DNA of 64,000 bases from Lachnospiraceae bacterium (lineage in GTDB: Bacteria > Bacillota > Clostridia > Lachnospirales > Lachnospiraceae), in the NCBI GenBank assembly GCA_024687655.1, contig JAILEN010000214.1, positions 14,523 through 78,522 on the forward strand. Direction: 5' to 3'. The notes below the pieces were generated by a model that was not told the origin of the DNA, made no database searches, and saw only the letters and a list, made by a program, of their open reading frames with translations. Both the position numbers and the translations under genes were made by a program. Of the stretch, positions 1 to 7,306 are shown piece after piece. The stretch's first letter is position 1, and every line of letters starts with the position of its first letter.

Positions 1-1
1 G

Positions 2-163
2 GATGACATTGAGGATGTGGTGGAGCTGGCGAACTATCACCGGGAGACCATCGCAGGATCCATGAACAGCGTCCGTGAGGTGGTTGATGAGATGGAGACA
101 CTCATTCCCCTTGATATCTGGCCTTATCCTACATACGGACAGATCCTGTACTCAGTAAAATAA
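2..163 (+). CDS. Glutamine synthetase type III, C-terminal fragment (5' end outside the window)
   Basis: Open frame from the window edge ends ...VDEMETLIPLDIWPYPTYGQILYSVK* (TAA 161-163). This tail resembles the GS-III C-terminus as I remember it. The nitrogen gene context supports the call. Confidence 0.5.
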   Translation, partial: DDIEDVVELANYHRETIAGSMNSVREVVDEMETLIPLDIWPYPTYGQILYSVK

Positions 164-198
164 TATTATAATAATATTTTGGTACATGTTTAATATTT

Positions 199-212
199 AG
201 TCAAAGGCGACT
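199..212 (+). promoter_or_regulatory. Candidate antiterminator hairpin: AGTC [AAAGGC] GACT, hexaloop with A1 and G4
   Basis: The 4-bp stem pairs 199-202 with 209-212, with loop 203-208. The 3' strand and last loop base are also the 5' arm of terminator 208-242, so the two structures exclude each other. The decamer TCAAAGGCGA (201-210) recurs at 7293-7302. Confidence 0.45.
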
Positions 213-242
213 TACAGTTTTTATGCTGTAAGTCGTTTTTTT
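208..242 (+). terminator. Rho-independent terminator between the GS-III gene and amtB-glnK
   Basis: Perfect 10-bp stem CGACTTACAG (208-217) / CTGTAAGTCG (226-235), an 8-nt loop, then seven T (236-242). Confidence 0.85.
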
Positions 243-248
243 ATAAAA

Positions 249-279
249 AGATCCTTCGGGCAAAGCCCTCAGGATGACA
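249..279 (-). repeat. Dispersed hairpin repeat, copy 1 (inverted orientation)
   Basis: The reverse complement reads TGTCATCCTGAGGGCTTTGCCCGAAGGATCT. The stem is ATCCT/AGGAT, with an inner GGGC-AAA-GCCC hairpin (258-268). Confidence 0.6.
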
Positions 280-323
280 AAAGGGGGCACCGCCCCGGGA
301 TGAAAGCGAGGGCTTCCTCTCCC

Positions 324-350
324 TGTCATCGAAAGAGTAGCGAAGGATCT
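324..350 (+). repeat. Dispersed hairpin repeat, copy 2 (degenerate)
   Basis: TGTCATCGAAAGAGTAGCGAAGGATCT. Its 3' end CGAAGGATCT (341-350) is the exact complement of AGATCCTTCG (249-258) in copy 1, and TGTCATC (324-330) pairs with GATGACA (273-279). Confidence 0.5.
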
Positions 351-372
351 TAAAAGAAAGTGAGGTAATGTT

Positions 373-2145
373 ATGGTAACACAGGAAGTTATGGATTTAG
401 TAGGCAGCGAAGTCTACGGCGTCTGGTTTCTGATCGGCGCAGCGCTGGTGTCCTGGATGCAGGCAGGATTCGCCATGTGCGAATCAGGCTTTACAAGAGC
501 AAAGAACGCAGGAAACATCATCATGAAGAACCTGATGGACTTCTGTATCGGTACTCTGATGTGGTTCATTTGCGGTGCATCCCTGATGCTGGGCGAGAAC
601 ATTTTAGGCGGCTTTGCCGGAGGCCTTACCTTTGATGTGTTCACAGGCTACGGCAGCTTTGATTATTCGGCATTTGTATTTAACCTTGTATTCTGTGCAA
701 CAACGGCAACCATCGTATCCGGTGCCATGGCAGAGAGAACAAAGTTTTCAAGCTACTGCATTTATTCGGCTATCATTTCAGCCATCATCTACCCCATAGA
801 GGCACATTGGACCTGGGGAGGCGGCTTTTTGGCACAGTGGGGCTTCCATGATTATGCAGGATCTACCTGTATCCATATGGTAGGCGGTATATGCGCCCTC
901 ATCGGTGCATGGATGCTGGGTCCCCGTATCGGTAAGTTTGAAAAGGACGGAAACGGCAAGGTAACAAAGGTAAACGCCTTCCCCGGTCACAACCTGGTAA
1001 TTGCAGCATTAGGTGTATTCATCCTATGGCTGGGCTGGTACGGCTTCAACGGAGCTGCAGCAACGGATATCGGAACACTTGGTTCCATCTTCCTTACGAC
1101 TACAGTAGCTCCCGCAGTTGCAACTGTTGTATGTATGGTATTTACATGGGTACGCTATGGTAAGCCCGATGTGTCCATGTGCTTAAACGCATCTCTGGCA
1201 GGCCTGGTAGCCATCACGGCACCCTGTGACGTAACAGACTGTGCAGGCGCAGCCATCATCGGCGCAGTAGCAGGTGTATTGGTAGTATTCGGAGTATGGT
1301 TTAACGATAACGTAACACATGTAGATGACCCCGTTGGTGCGGTTGCAGTTCATATGTTCAACGGTATCTGGGGTACTCTGGCAGTAGGCCTTTTTGCAAC
1401 AGACACAGCTCCTGGCTTTGCTGTAGCAGGCATTGAAGAGGGACTTTTCTACGGCGGCGGCCTTTCACAGCTTATCAAGCAGCTGGGCGGCGTAGCAGTA
1501 ACTGTACTTTGGACAGTAGTTACCATCACCATAGCATTTACGGTGATCAAAAAGACTATCGGACTCCGTGTCAGTGAGGAAGAGGAGATCGAAGGTCTGG
1601 ACGCTAAAGAGCACGGACTTCCCTCAGCTTATTCAGGCTTTGCCATCATGGATATTGCCAACACAATGAGCGTAAACGAGAATACCGACCTGGGCGTTGG
1701 CGAATACGAGAAGGCAAGCCCTGCAATGATCAAGGCAGCGGTTCCCGTGGAAAATCATGCAGAAACACTTCAGGGAACAAGCCTGGCAAGTGGTATCAAC
1801 AAGGTTGTTATCATTACAAAGCTCTCACGTTATGACAAGATCAAAAAGGCCCTCAACGAGCTGGGTGTTACCGGTATCACGGTTACTCAGGTTACGGGCT
1901 GTGGTATCCAAAAGGGTGCCGGCCAGATGTATCGTGGAGTTGAGATGGATCTGACACTGTTGCCCAAGATCAAGCTGGAGGTTGTGGTCAGCCACATCCC
2001 TGTGGATGATGTGATCGAAGTGGCTAAAAAGACACTTTACACCGGCAAGATCGGCGATGGTAAGATCTTTGTATATCCTGTCAGCCGCGTAGTTAAGATC
2101 CGTACAGGTGAAGAAAACGAAGAAGCTTTGCAGGATGTAGAATAA
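373..2145 (+). CDS. amtB: Ammonium transporter AmtB fused to a PII (GlnK) domain
   Basis: 590 aa. The N-terminal ~410 aa is a multi-TM Amt/Mep protein (AGFAMCESGF, HMVGGICALIGAW, GFNG). An acidic linker follows. The C-terminal ~112 aa is a PII fold (KVVIITK...VTGITVTQVTGCGIQKGAGQMYRGVEMD...GDGKIFVYPV) with a T-loop Tyr. SD GTGAGG lies upstream. Confidence 0.9.
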   Translation: MVTQEVMDLVGSEVYGVWFLIGAALVSWMQAGFAMCESGFTRAKNAGNIIMKNLMDFCIGTLMWFICGASLMLGENILGGFAGGLTFDVFTGYGSFDYSAFVFNLVFCATTATIVSGAMAERTKFSSYCIYSAIISAIIYPIEAHWTWGGGFLAQWGFHDYAGSTCIHMVGGICALIGAWMLGPRIGKFEKDGNGKVTKVNAFPGHNLVIAALGVFILWLGWYGFNGAAATDIGTLGSIFLTTTVAPAVATVVCMVFTWVRYGKPDVSMCLNASLAGLVAITAPCDVTDCAGAAIIGAVAGVLVVFGVWFNDNVTHVDDPVGAVAVHMFNGIWGTLAVGLFATDTAPGFAVAGIEEGLFYGGGLSQLIKQLGGVAVTVLWTVVTITIAFTVIKKTIGLRVSEEEEIEGLDAKEHGLPSAYSGFAIMDIANTMSVNENTDLGVGEYEKASPAMIKAAVPVENHAETLQGTSLASGINKVVIITKLSRYDKIKKALNELGVTGITVTQVTGCGIQKGAGQMYRGVEMDLTLLPKIKLEVVVSHIPVDDVIEVAKKTLYTGKIGDGKIFVYPVSRVVKIRTGEENEEALQDVE

Positions 2146-2162
2146 TATAAACAGCTATTTTA

Positions 2163-2190
2163 CAGGGGGACCTGGGTCCCCCTGCTTTTG
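2163..2190 (+). terminator. Rho-independent terminator after amtB-glnK
   Basis: CAGGGGGAC (2163-2171) / GTCCCCCTG (2176-2184), 4-nt loop, followed by CTTTTGG (short T tract). Confidence 0.7.
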
Positions 2191-2204
2191 GTTGTCAATG
2201 AATG

Positions 2205-2245
2205 GTAGGAGGTTTCCCTCCTACTCATGCTTGTTTAGGAGGAGG
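2205..2245 (+). promoter_or_regulatory. Decoy-SD / anti-SD hairpin upstream of the real SD of the next gene
   Basis: GTAGGAGG (2205-2212), loop TTTC, CCTCCTAC (2217-2224) form a perfect 8-bp hairpin. The CCTCCTA strand is also complementary to the genuine SD TAGGAGGAGG (2236-2245), which sits 6 nt before ATG 2252. Confidence 0.35.
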
Positions 2246-2251
2246 TCAGAC

Positions 2252-4831
2252 ATGGCAGCATTTGAACGTGTGCTTTCGGGGATACCGGATATGGATGTGG
2301 CACTTGATAATATCAGGCTTGGGGACAATGTGGTATGGAGGGTTTCGGATCTGTCCGAATTCAGGCTTTTCATGGAGCCCTATGTGGACCAGGCGAAAAA
2401 GGATGGCCGGAACATCATTTATTTTCGCTTTGCCAGTCATGAGCCATTAGTGGAGGACTGTCCGGAGGTAAAGACCATACATATTCCGCTTTCCCACCGT
2501 TTTGAGACCTTTACGGTGGAGATACACAACGCCATAGAAAAGGAGGGCTATGACGCCTTCTACGTTTTTGACTGCCTTTCCGAGCTTCAGACCGCCTGGG
2601 CCACGGATCTTATGATGGGTAACTTCTTCAGGGTTACCTGTCCCTTTTTGTTTATATTGGATACAGTGGCATTTTTCCCCATAATCCGCGGAAAACATTC
2701 CTTCCACGCCATTAACAAGATCCTCAACACCACACAGCTGTTTTTAGATGTGTACTCGGATGAAAAGAACACCTACGTCCGGGCTGAAAAGGTGTGGAAC
2801 AGGAACTCCGAGACCATGTTTTTGCCTCATATCTATAAAAAGGAGACGGGCAGCTTTAAGCCCATATTGGACGGGGTCCAGTCCAGCCGTTTTTATAACG
2901 TGCTAAATCATTTTCAGCGTCCGGGAGAGGAGCAGTACATCGATTCCTGGGACAGGTTTTTCGATCTGGCAAAGCTGAAATGCGATAACGGCATGGACAT
3001 CTCGGAGGAATGTAATACCATGTGCGACGTGATGATGAGCCGGGATCCGAAGATGAGGGAAATGGTAAAAAAGCATTTTACCCCCAAGGATTATTTCGAT
3101 GTCAGGGGTCATATGATAGGCACGGGGCTCATAGGCGGAAAGGCCTGCGGCATGCTCTTGTCACGCGCCATAATCCGCAACACTTCCCCTGAGATAAATG
3201 AGGTTTTGGAGCCCCATGATTCATTTTTCATGGGTTCAGACATATATTACACTTATATCGTGGACAATGAGTTCTGGGACCTGCGTGTCAGACAGAGGAC
3301 TGATGAGGAGTATTTTTCTCTGGCAGAGGAATTTGCGGACCGGCTGAAGGAAGGTACATTTTCGGAGGATATAAAAAACCAGCTCCGGCATATTTTGGAA
3401 TACTACGGTCAGGACCCCTTCATAGTCCGCTCCAGCAGTATATTAGAGGATGGCTTCGGCAATGCCTTTGCCGGCAAATATGAATCGGTTTTCTGTGCTA
3501 ACAGGGGCACCCTGGAAGAGCGGCTTTCAGAGTTTGAAGATGCCATAAGGACTGTTTATGCCAGTACCATGAGTATGTCCGCCCTGGATTACAGAAAGCG
3601 CAGGGGGCTGGATAAAAGGGATGAGCAGATGGCACTTTTGATACAGCGGGTGTCGGGATCCTATTACGGGCCTTATTATATGCCCTGTGCCGCAGGGGTG
3701 GGTTATTCCTACAGTCCCTACAAGTTTTTACAGGGTATAGACCAAAATGCGGGAATGCTGAGGCTTGTCATGGGTCTGGGGACATCCGCCGTGGACCGCA
3801 CCCAGGGCTCTTATCCCAGACTGGTATCTTTGGATATGCCCGAGGCCACTTCATCCGTCACCTGTGCGGACAAGCACCGTTTTTCACAGCGCAGGGTGGA
3901 GGTCATGGATGTGAGCGAGCATTGCTTAAAGAGGCTGGAACAGCAGGTGATAGAGGATAAGCTGCCACCTTATCTTGCCAATATTCTTTTGGAACATGAC
4001 TATGATGCGGAAAGCAGGTTCAGGGAGCGGGGCATCAACCGTTTTGTGAGATTTATCTCCTGTCTGGGACTGGTTAAAAAGAGAGATATCATGGAGCGGA
4101 TGAGGACGCTGATGCATCTGATCCAGGAGGAATACGGGCAGCCGGTGGACATCGAGTTTACCATGAACCTGTCCGATACCGGGGAATACTCCATAAACCT
4201 TCTGCAGTGCAGGCCCCTTCAGGTGTTCAAGGATACGGGGGGCGTACATGTACCCACGGACATTCCAAAGGAAAAGGTCCTGCTTGAAAGCAAGGGGGCA
4301 TCCATGGGACTGTCCCGGGATGAAAAGATAGATCTGATCGTATACGTGGATCCTGTGGGTTATTATAATATGCCCTATGTTAAAAAGGCTGAGATTGCAT
4401 CGGTGATAGGCAAGATCAACTGGAAATACCGGGAGAGCGGCAGGCATATGATGCTTCTGGTCCCCGGCCGGGTGGGTACATCCTCTCCGGAACTGGGAGT
4501 GCCTACGGCCTTTGCGGATATCAGTGAATTCGAGGTGGTATGCGAGATGGAGGAGAGGGATGCAGGTTATAATCCCGAGCTTTCCTATGGAAGCCATATC
4601 TTTCAGGATCTTGTTGAATCTGATATACTTTATACGGCAGTTTTCAAAAGTGAAAAGACATTGAGTTTTGCACCCGAAAGCATGGCTGCTTATCCTGATA
4701 TATCCGCGGACTTTGCAGATACACAGGATGTCACCCGGATAGTCAGGGTCTATGACATGTCAGATTCGGGTTGCAGGCTGTATTATGACCTGGAGGAAAA
4801 CCACCTTTTGGTTGGGATGAAACAGGGTTGA
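2252..4831 (+). CDS. PEP/pyruvate-binding (PPDK_N-like) domain protein with an uncharacterised N-terminal domain
   Basis: Start chosen at MAAFERV behind SD AGGAGGAGG. The central motif IVRSSSILEDGFGNAFAGKYESV is typical of the nucleotide-binding domain of PEP synthase/PPDK. No phosphohistidine swivel or PEP-utilising C-terminal domain was recognised. Confidence 0.65.
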   Translation: MAAFERVLSGIPDMDVALDNIRLGDNVVWRVSDLSEFRLFMEPYVDQAKKDGRNIIYFRFASHEPLVEDCPEVKTIHIPLSHRFETFTVEIHNAIEKEGYDAFYVFDCLSELQTAWATDLMMGNFFRVTCPFLFILDTVAFFPIIRGKHSFHAINKILNTTQLFLDVYSDEKNTYVRAEKVWNRNSETMFLPHIYKKETGSFKPILDGVQSSRFYNVLNHFQRPGEEQYIDSWDRFFDLAKLKCDNGMDISEECNTMCDVMMSRDPKMREMVKKHFTPKDYFDVRGHMIGTGLIGGKACGMLLSRAIIRNTSPEINEVLEPHDSFFMGSDIYYTYIVDNEFWDLRVRQRTDEEYFSLAEEFADRLKEGTFSEDIKNQLRHILEYYGQDPFIVRSSSILEDGFGNAFAGKYESVFCANRGTLEERLSEFEDAIRTVYASTMSMSALDYRKRRGLDKRDEQMALLIQRVSGSYYGPYYMPCAAGVGYSYSPYKFLQGIDQNAGMLRLVMGLGTSAVDRTQGSYPRLVSLDMPEATSSVTCADKHRFSQRRVEVMDVSEHCLKRLEQQVIEDKLPPYLANILLEHDYDAESRFRERGINRFVRFISCLGLVKKRDIMERMRTLMHLIQEEYGQPVDIEFTMNLSDTGEYSINLLQCRPLQVFKDTGGVHVPTDIPKEKVLLESKGASMGLSRDEKIDLIVYVDPVGYYNMPYVKKAEIASVIGKINWKYRESGRHMMLLVPGRVGTSSPELGVPTAFADISEFEVVCEMEERDAGYNPELSYGSHIFQDLVESDILYTAVFKSEKTLSFAPESMAAYPDISADFADTQDVTRIVRVYDMSDSGCRLYYDLEENHLLVGMKQG

Positions 4832-4842
4832 GAGGTAAAAAA

Positions 4843-6216
4843 ATGTCAGATCTACATGAGGAATGCGGAGTATTCGGTATATACTCCGAGACAAAAAAGG
4901 ATGTGGCCTGGGACGTCTATTGCGGGCTTTTTTCCCTGCAGCACAGGGGCCAGGAAGCGGCTGGTATCGCCGTAAATGAGGACAGGAATATATGTTATCA
5001 CAAGGGGCTGGGCCTGGTGCATGAGGTTTTTGACAGGGATGAGCTTAGCAGGCTGGGCCAGGGACAGATCGCCGTGGGGCATGTGCGGTATGCCACTACA
5101 GGAGACGGGGATGTGAGAAATGCCCAGCCCATGGTGGTGAGGCATATAAAGGGCCAGCTGGCTGTCTGCCACAACGGCAATCTCGTCAATTCAAAGGAGC
5201 TTCGTAGTGAATTAGAGCTTAAGGGCTGCATCTTCCACACCACCAGCGATACGGAGGTCATCTCCTATATAATCACACAAAAAAGGCTGGTGACGCCATC
5301 CATTGAGGAAGCGGTATGCGAGGCCATGAAGGAGATAAGGGGCGCATATTCCCTGGTTATGATGTCCCCGGCGAAGCTTATTGCCTGCCGTGATCCCTGG
5401 GGCTTTAGGCCCCTTTGCATGGGAAGGACCCCCGATGGGGACATAGTCTTTTCTTCGGAGACCTGTGGACTGGATACCATCGGCGCAGAGTTTATAAGGG
5501 ATATAAAGCCCGGTGAAATAGTAGTGGTGGATGAAAAGGGCATCCGATCCATCACAACACACTGTGATGAACAAAAGCCGGCGCTCTGCGTTTTTGAATA
5601 CATTTATTTTGCCCGGCCTGACTCTGTCATTGAGGGAATGTCGGTACATGAGTCGAGAAAGCTGGCGGGACGATATCTGGCAAAGTCCCATCCGGTGGAT
5701 GCGGATATAGTGGTTGGTGTTCCGGACTCCGGACTGGATGCGGCGCTGGGCTATTCTGAGGAGGCAGGTATCCCATATGAAATGGGGCTTATCCGAAACA
5801 AGTATATAGGCCGTACATTTATCGCTCCGGAGGAAAGCGGCCGGGGCGGACAGGTGGACTTAAAGCTCAATGCTGCCTCTGCAGTGGTAAAGGGTAAACG
5901 AGTGGTTTTAATAGACGATTCCATTGTCCGGGGTACTACCTCGGCACGTATTGTAAGGATGCTTAAAAATGCCGGGGCTAAGGAAGTACATATGCGCATA
6001 TCCTCACCGCCGTTTTTGCACCCCTGCTATTATGGCACTGATGTGGATTCGGATAAGGGGCTTATTGCAAAATCCCACACGGTGGAGGAAATATGTGATA
6101 TAATCGGGGCAGATTCCCTGGGATATCTGTCCATGGAGGATGCGCTTCATCTGGTGACCGATCGTGCTCCGGATACATTTTGTGCAGCCTGCTTTAAGGG
6201 GGATTATCCGGCTTGA
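4843..6216 (+). CDS. purF: Amidophosphoribosyltransferase (glutamine PRPP amidotransferase)
   Basis: MSDLHEE-CGVFGI gives a propeptide followed by the N-terminal nucleophile Cys. Also present are the PRTase motif VVLIDDSIVRGTT and C-terminal Cys residues (CAACFKGDYP) as in Fe-S type PurF. Confidence 0.9.
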   Translation: MSDLHEECGVFGIYSETKKDVAWDVYCGLFSLQHRGQEAAGIAVNEDRNICYHKGLGLVHEVFDRDELSRLGQGQIAVGHVRYATTGDGDVRNAQPMVVRHIKGQLAVCHNGNLVNSKELRSELELKGCIFHTTSDTEVISYIITQKRLVTPSIEEAVCEAMKEIRGAYSLVMMSPAKLIACRDPWGFRPLCMGRTPDGDIVFSSETCGLDTIGAEFIRDIKPGEIVVVDEKGIRSITTHCDEQKPALCVFEYIYFARPDSVIEGMSVHESRKLAGRYLAKSHPVDADIVVGVPDSGLDAALGYSEEAGIPYEMGLIRNKYIGRTFIAPEESGRGGQVDLKLNAASAVVKGKRVVLIDDSIVRGTTSARIVRMLKNAGAKEVHMRISSPPFLHPCYYGTDVDSDKGLIAKSHTVEEICDIIGADSLGYLSMEDALHLVTDRAPDTFCAACFKGDYPA

Positions 6217-6267
6217 TACGGATGGCTTGAATTGAGAAGTGTTGATTGAGGAAATGGGAGGTAGGTT

Positions 6268-7239
6268 ATGAAAATTGGGATCTTGGGTTGTGGAAGGATA
6301 GCAGAGCTTTTGGCGGGCACTTTTAATGCCATGCCGGAACTGGATTGCCATGCAGTGGCTTCCAGGAGTCTTAAAAAGGCAGAGGAGTTTGCAAGAAACA
6401 ATGGTTTTAAAAAGGGATACGGCAGCTACGAGGAGCTGGTGAGCGACCCGGAGGTGGAGCTTATCTATGTGGCCACGCCCCACTCGAGACATTTTGAGGA
6501 TATGAAGCTTTGCATCGAGCATAAAAAGCCGGTGGTATGTGAAAAGTCATTTACCTTGAATGCCGGGGAGGCAGAGGAGATAATCAGACTTTCCGAAGAA
6601 AACGGCGTGTATGTGGCTGAAGCGATCTGGACCAGATATATGCCGTCCAGAAAGCTCATCGATGATATGATCGCATCGGGGATCATCGGCGAGGCCAAGA
6701 TGCTTACGGCAAATCTTTCATATAAGATAGATGATAAGGAGAGGATCCTGGATCCAAAGCTTGCAGGAGGCGCGCTTTTGGATGTGGGAGTCTATGGAAT
6801 CAATTTTGCGTTCATGCATTTTGGCAACGATTACAGGAGTATAGATTCATCCGTTATCATGACTGACACCGGGGTTGACGGCTCCGAGTCCATCACCATA
6901 CATTATAATGATGGCAGGATGGCGGTTCTGACCCACGGCGTATATGCCAGATCTGACCGCAAGGGGATAATATACGGAGAAAAGGGCTATATCATTGTGG
7001 AAAACATCAATAATCCTCAGTTGATATGTGCATATGATGACGAGGATAATCTGATAAAAAAGGTGGATGTGCCCGCCCAGATCAGCGGATATGAATATGA
7101 ATTCCTGGAGGCAATAAAGAGGATCGGAGAGGGTGCGTGCGAGAGCTTATCCATGCCGCACAGCCAGACACTCTTTGTGATGAGAGCCATGGATGAGATA
7201 CGTTCATCCTGGGGCCTTAAGTATCCGAAGGAGGCCTGA
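6268..7239 (+). CDS. Gfo/Idh/MocA family NAD(P)-dependent oxidoreductase
   Basis: N-terminal Rossmann MKIGILGCGRIA and the EKP-type motif VVCEKSF. 323 aa with SD GGGAGG. Confidence 0.8.
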   Translation: MKIGILGCGRIAELLAGTFNAMPELDCHAVASRSLKKAEEFARNNGFKKGYGSYEELVSDPEVELIYVATPHSRHFEDMKLCIEHKKPVVCEKSFTLNAGEAEEIIRLSEENGVYVAEAIWTRYMPSRKLIDDMIASGIIGEAKMLTANLSYKIDDKERILDPKLAGGALLDVGVYGINFAFMHFGNDYRSIDSSVIMTDTGVDGSESITIHYNDGRMAVLTHGVYARSDRKGIIYGEKGYIIVENINNPQLICAYDDEDNLIKKVDVPAQISGYEYEFLEAIKRIGEGACESLSMPHSQTLFVMRAMDEIRSSWGLKYPKEA

Positions 7240-7251
7240 GCAATTTTTCCT

Positions 7252-7278
7252 TGACACTTTAAAAAATTATGATATTAT
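7252..7278 (+). promoter_or_regulatory. Putative sigma-A promoter for pyrG (TTGACA ... TGaTATTAT)
   Basis: -35 TTGACA at 7252-7257 and extended -10 TG-a-TATTAT at 7270-7278. The spacer is only about 15 nt, so confidence is moderate. Confidence 0.4.
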
Positions 7279-7288
7279 TCTGTGTAGA

Positions 7289-7306
7289 GAAATCAAAGGC
7301 GATTTC
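7289..7306 (+). promoter_or_regulatory. Candidate antiterminator hairpin: GAAATC [AAAGGC] GATTTC
   Basis: Perfect 6-bp stem with hexaloop AAAGGC (7295-7300; A1, G4). Bases 7297-7306 are also the 5' arm of terminator 7297-7337. The decamer TCAAAGGCGA is the same as at 201-210. Confidence 0.5.

Noticed and set aside
173-188. A 14-nt match ATATTTTGGTACAT shared between 175-188 and 25947-25960
   Set aside because: The sequence is AT-rich. Matches of this length are expected by chance a few times in a 64-kb window on two strands, and there is no shared structural or positional context.
251-350. Glutamine (glnA-motif) riboswitch in the amtB leader, prompted by GAAAGAGTAGCGAAGGAT
   Set aside because: The resemblance to the GGAAGUAG / CGGAAGGA elements is from memory only. 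The segment is made of a repeat family that also occurs at non-nitrogen loci (37946-37972), and the expected three-stem architecture was not evident.
3926-4597. 223-aa minus-strand ORF inside the PEP-binding-protein gene. Similar antisense ORFs lie at 6004-6522, 12253-12681, 12995-13477, 34298-34825, 35346-35900, 36748-37314, 41267-41848, 43240-43860, 50585-51244 and 55547-56053.
   Set aside because: All lie wholly within genes that have strong family motifs on the opposite strand. They lack SD sequences and give compositionally odd proteins (Arg/His/Pro/Cys-rich), so they were treated as shadow ORFs.
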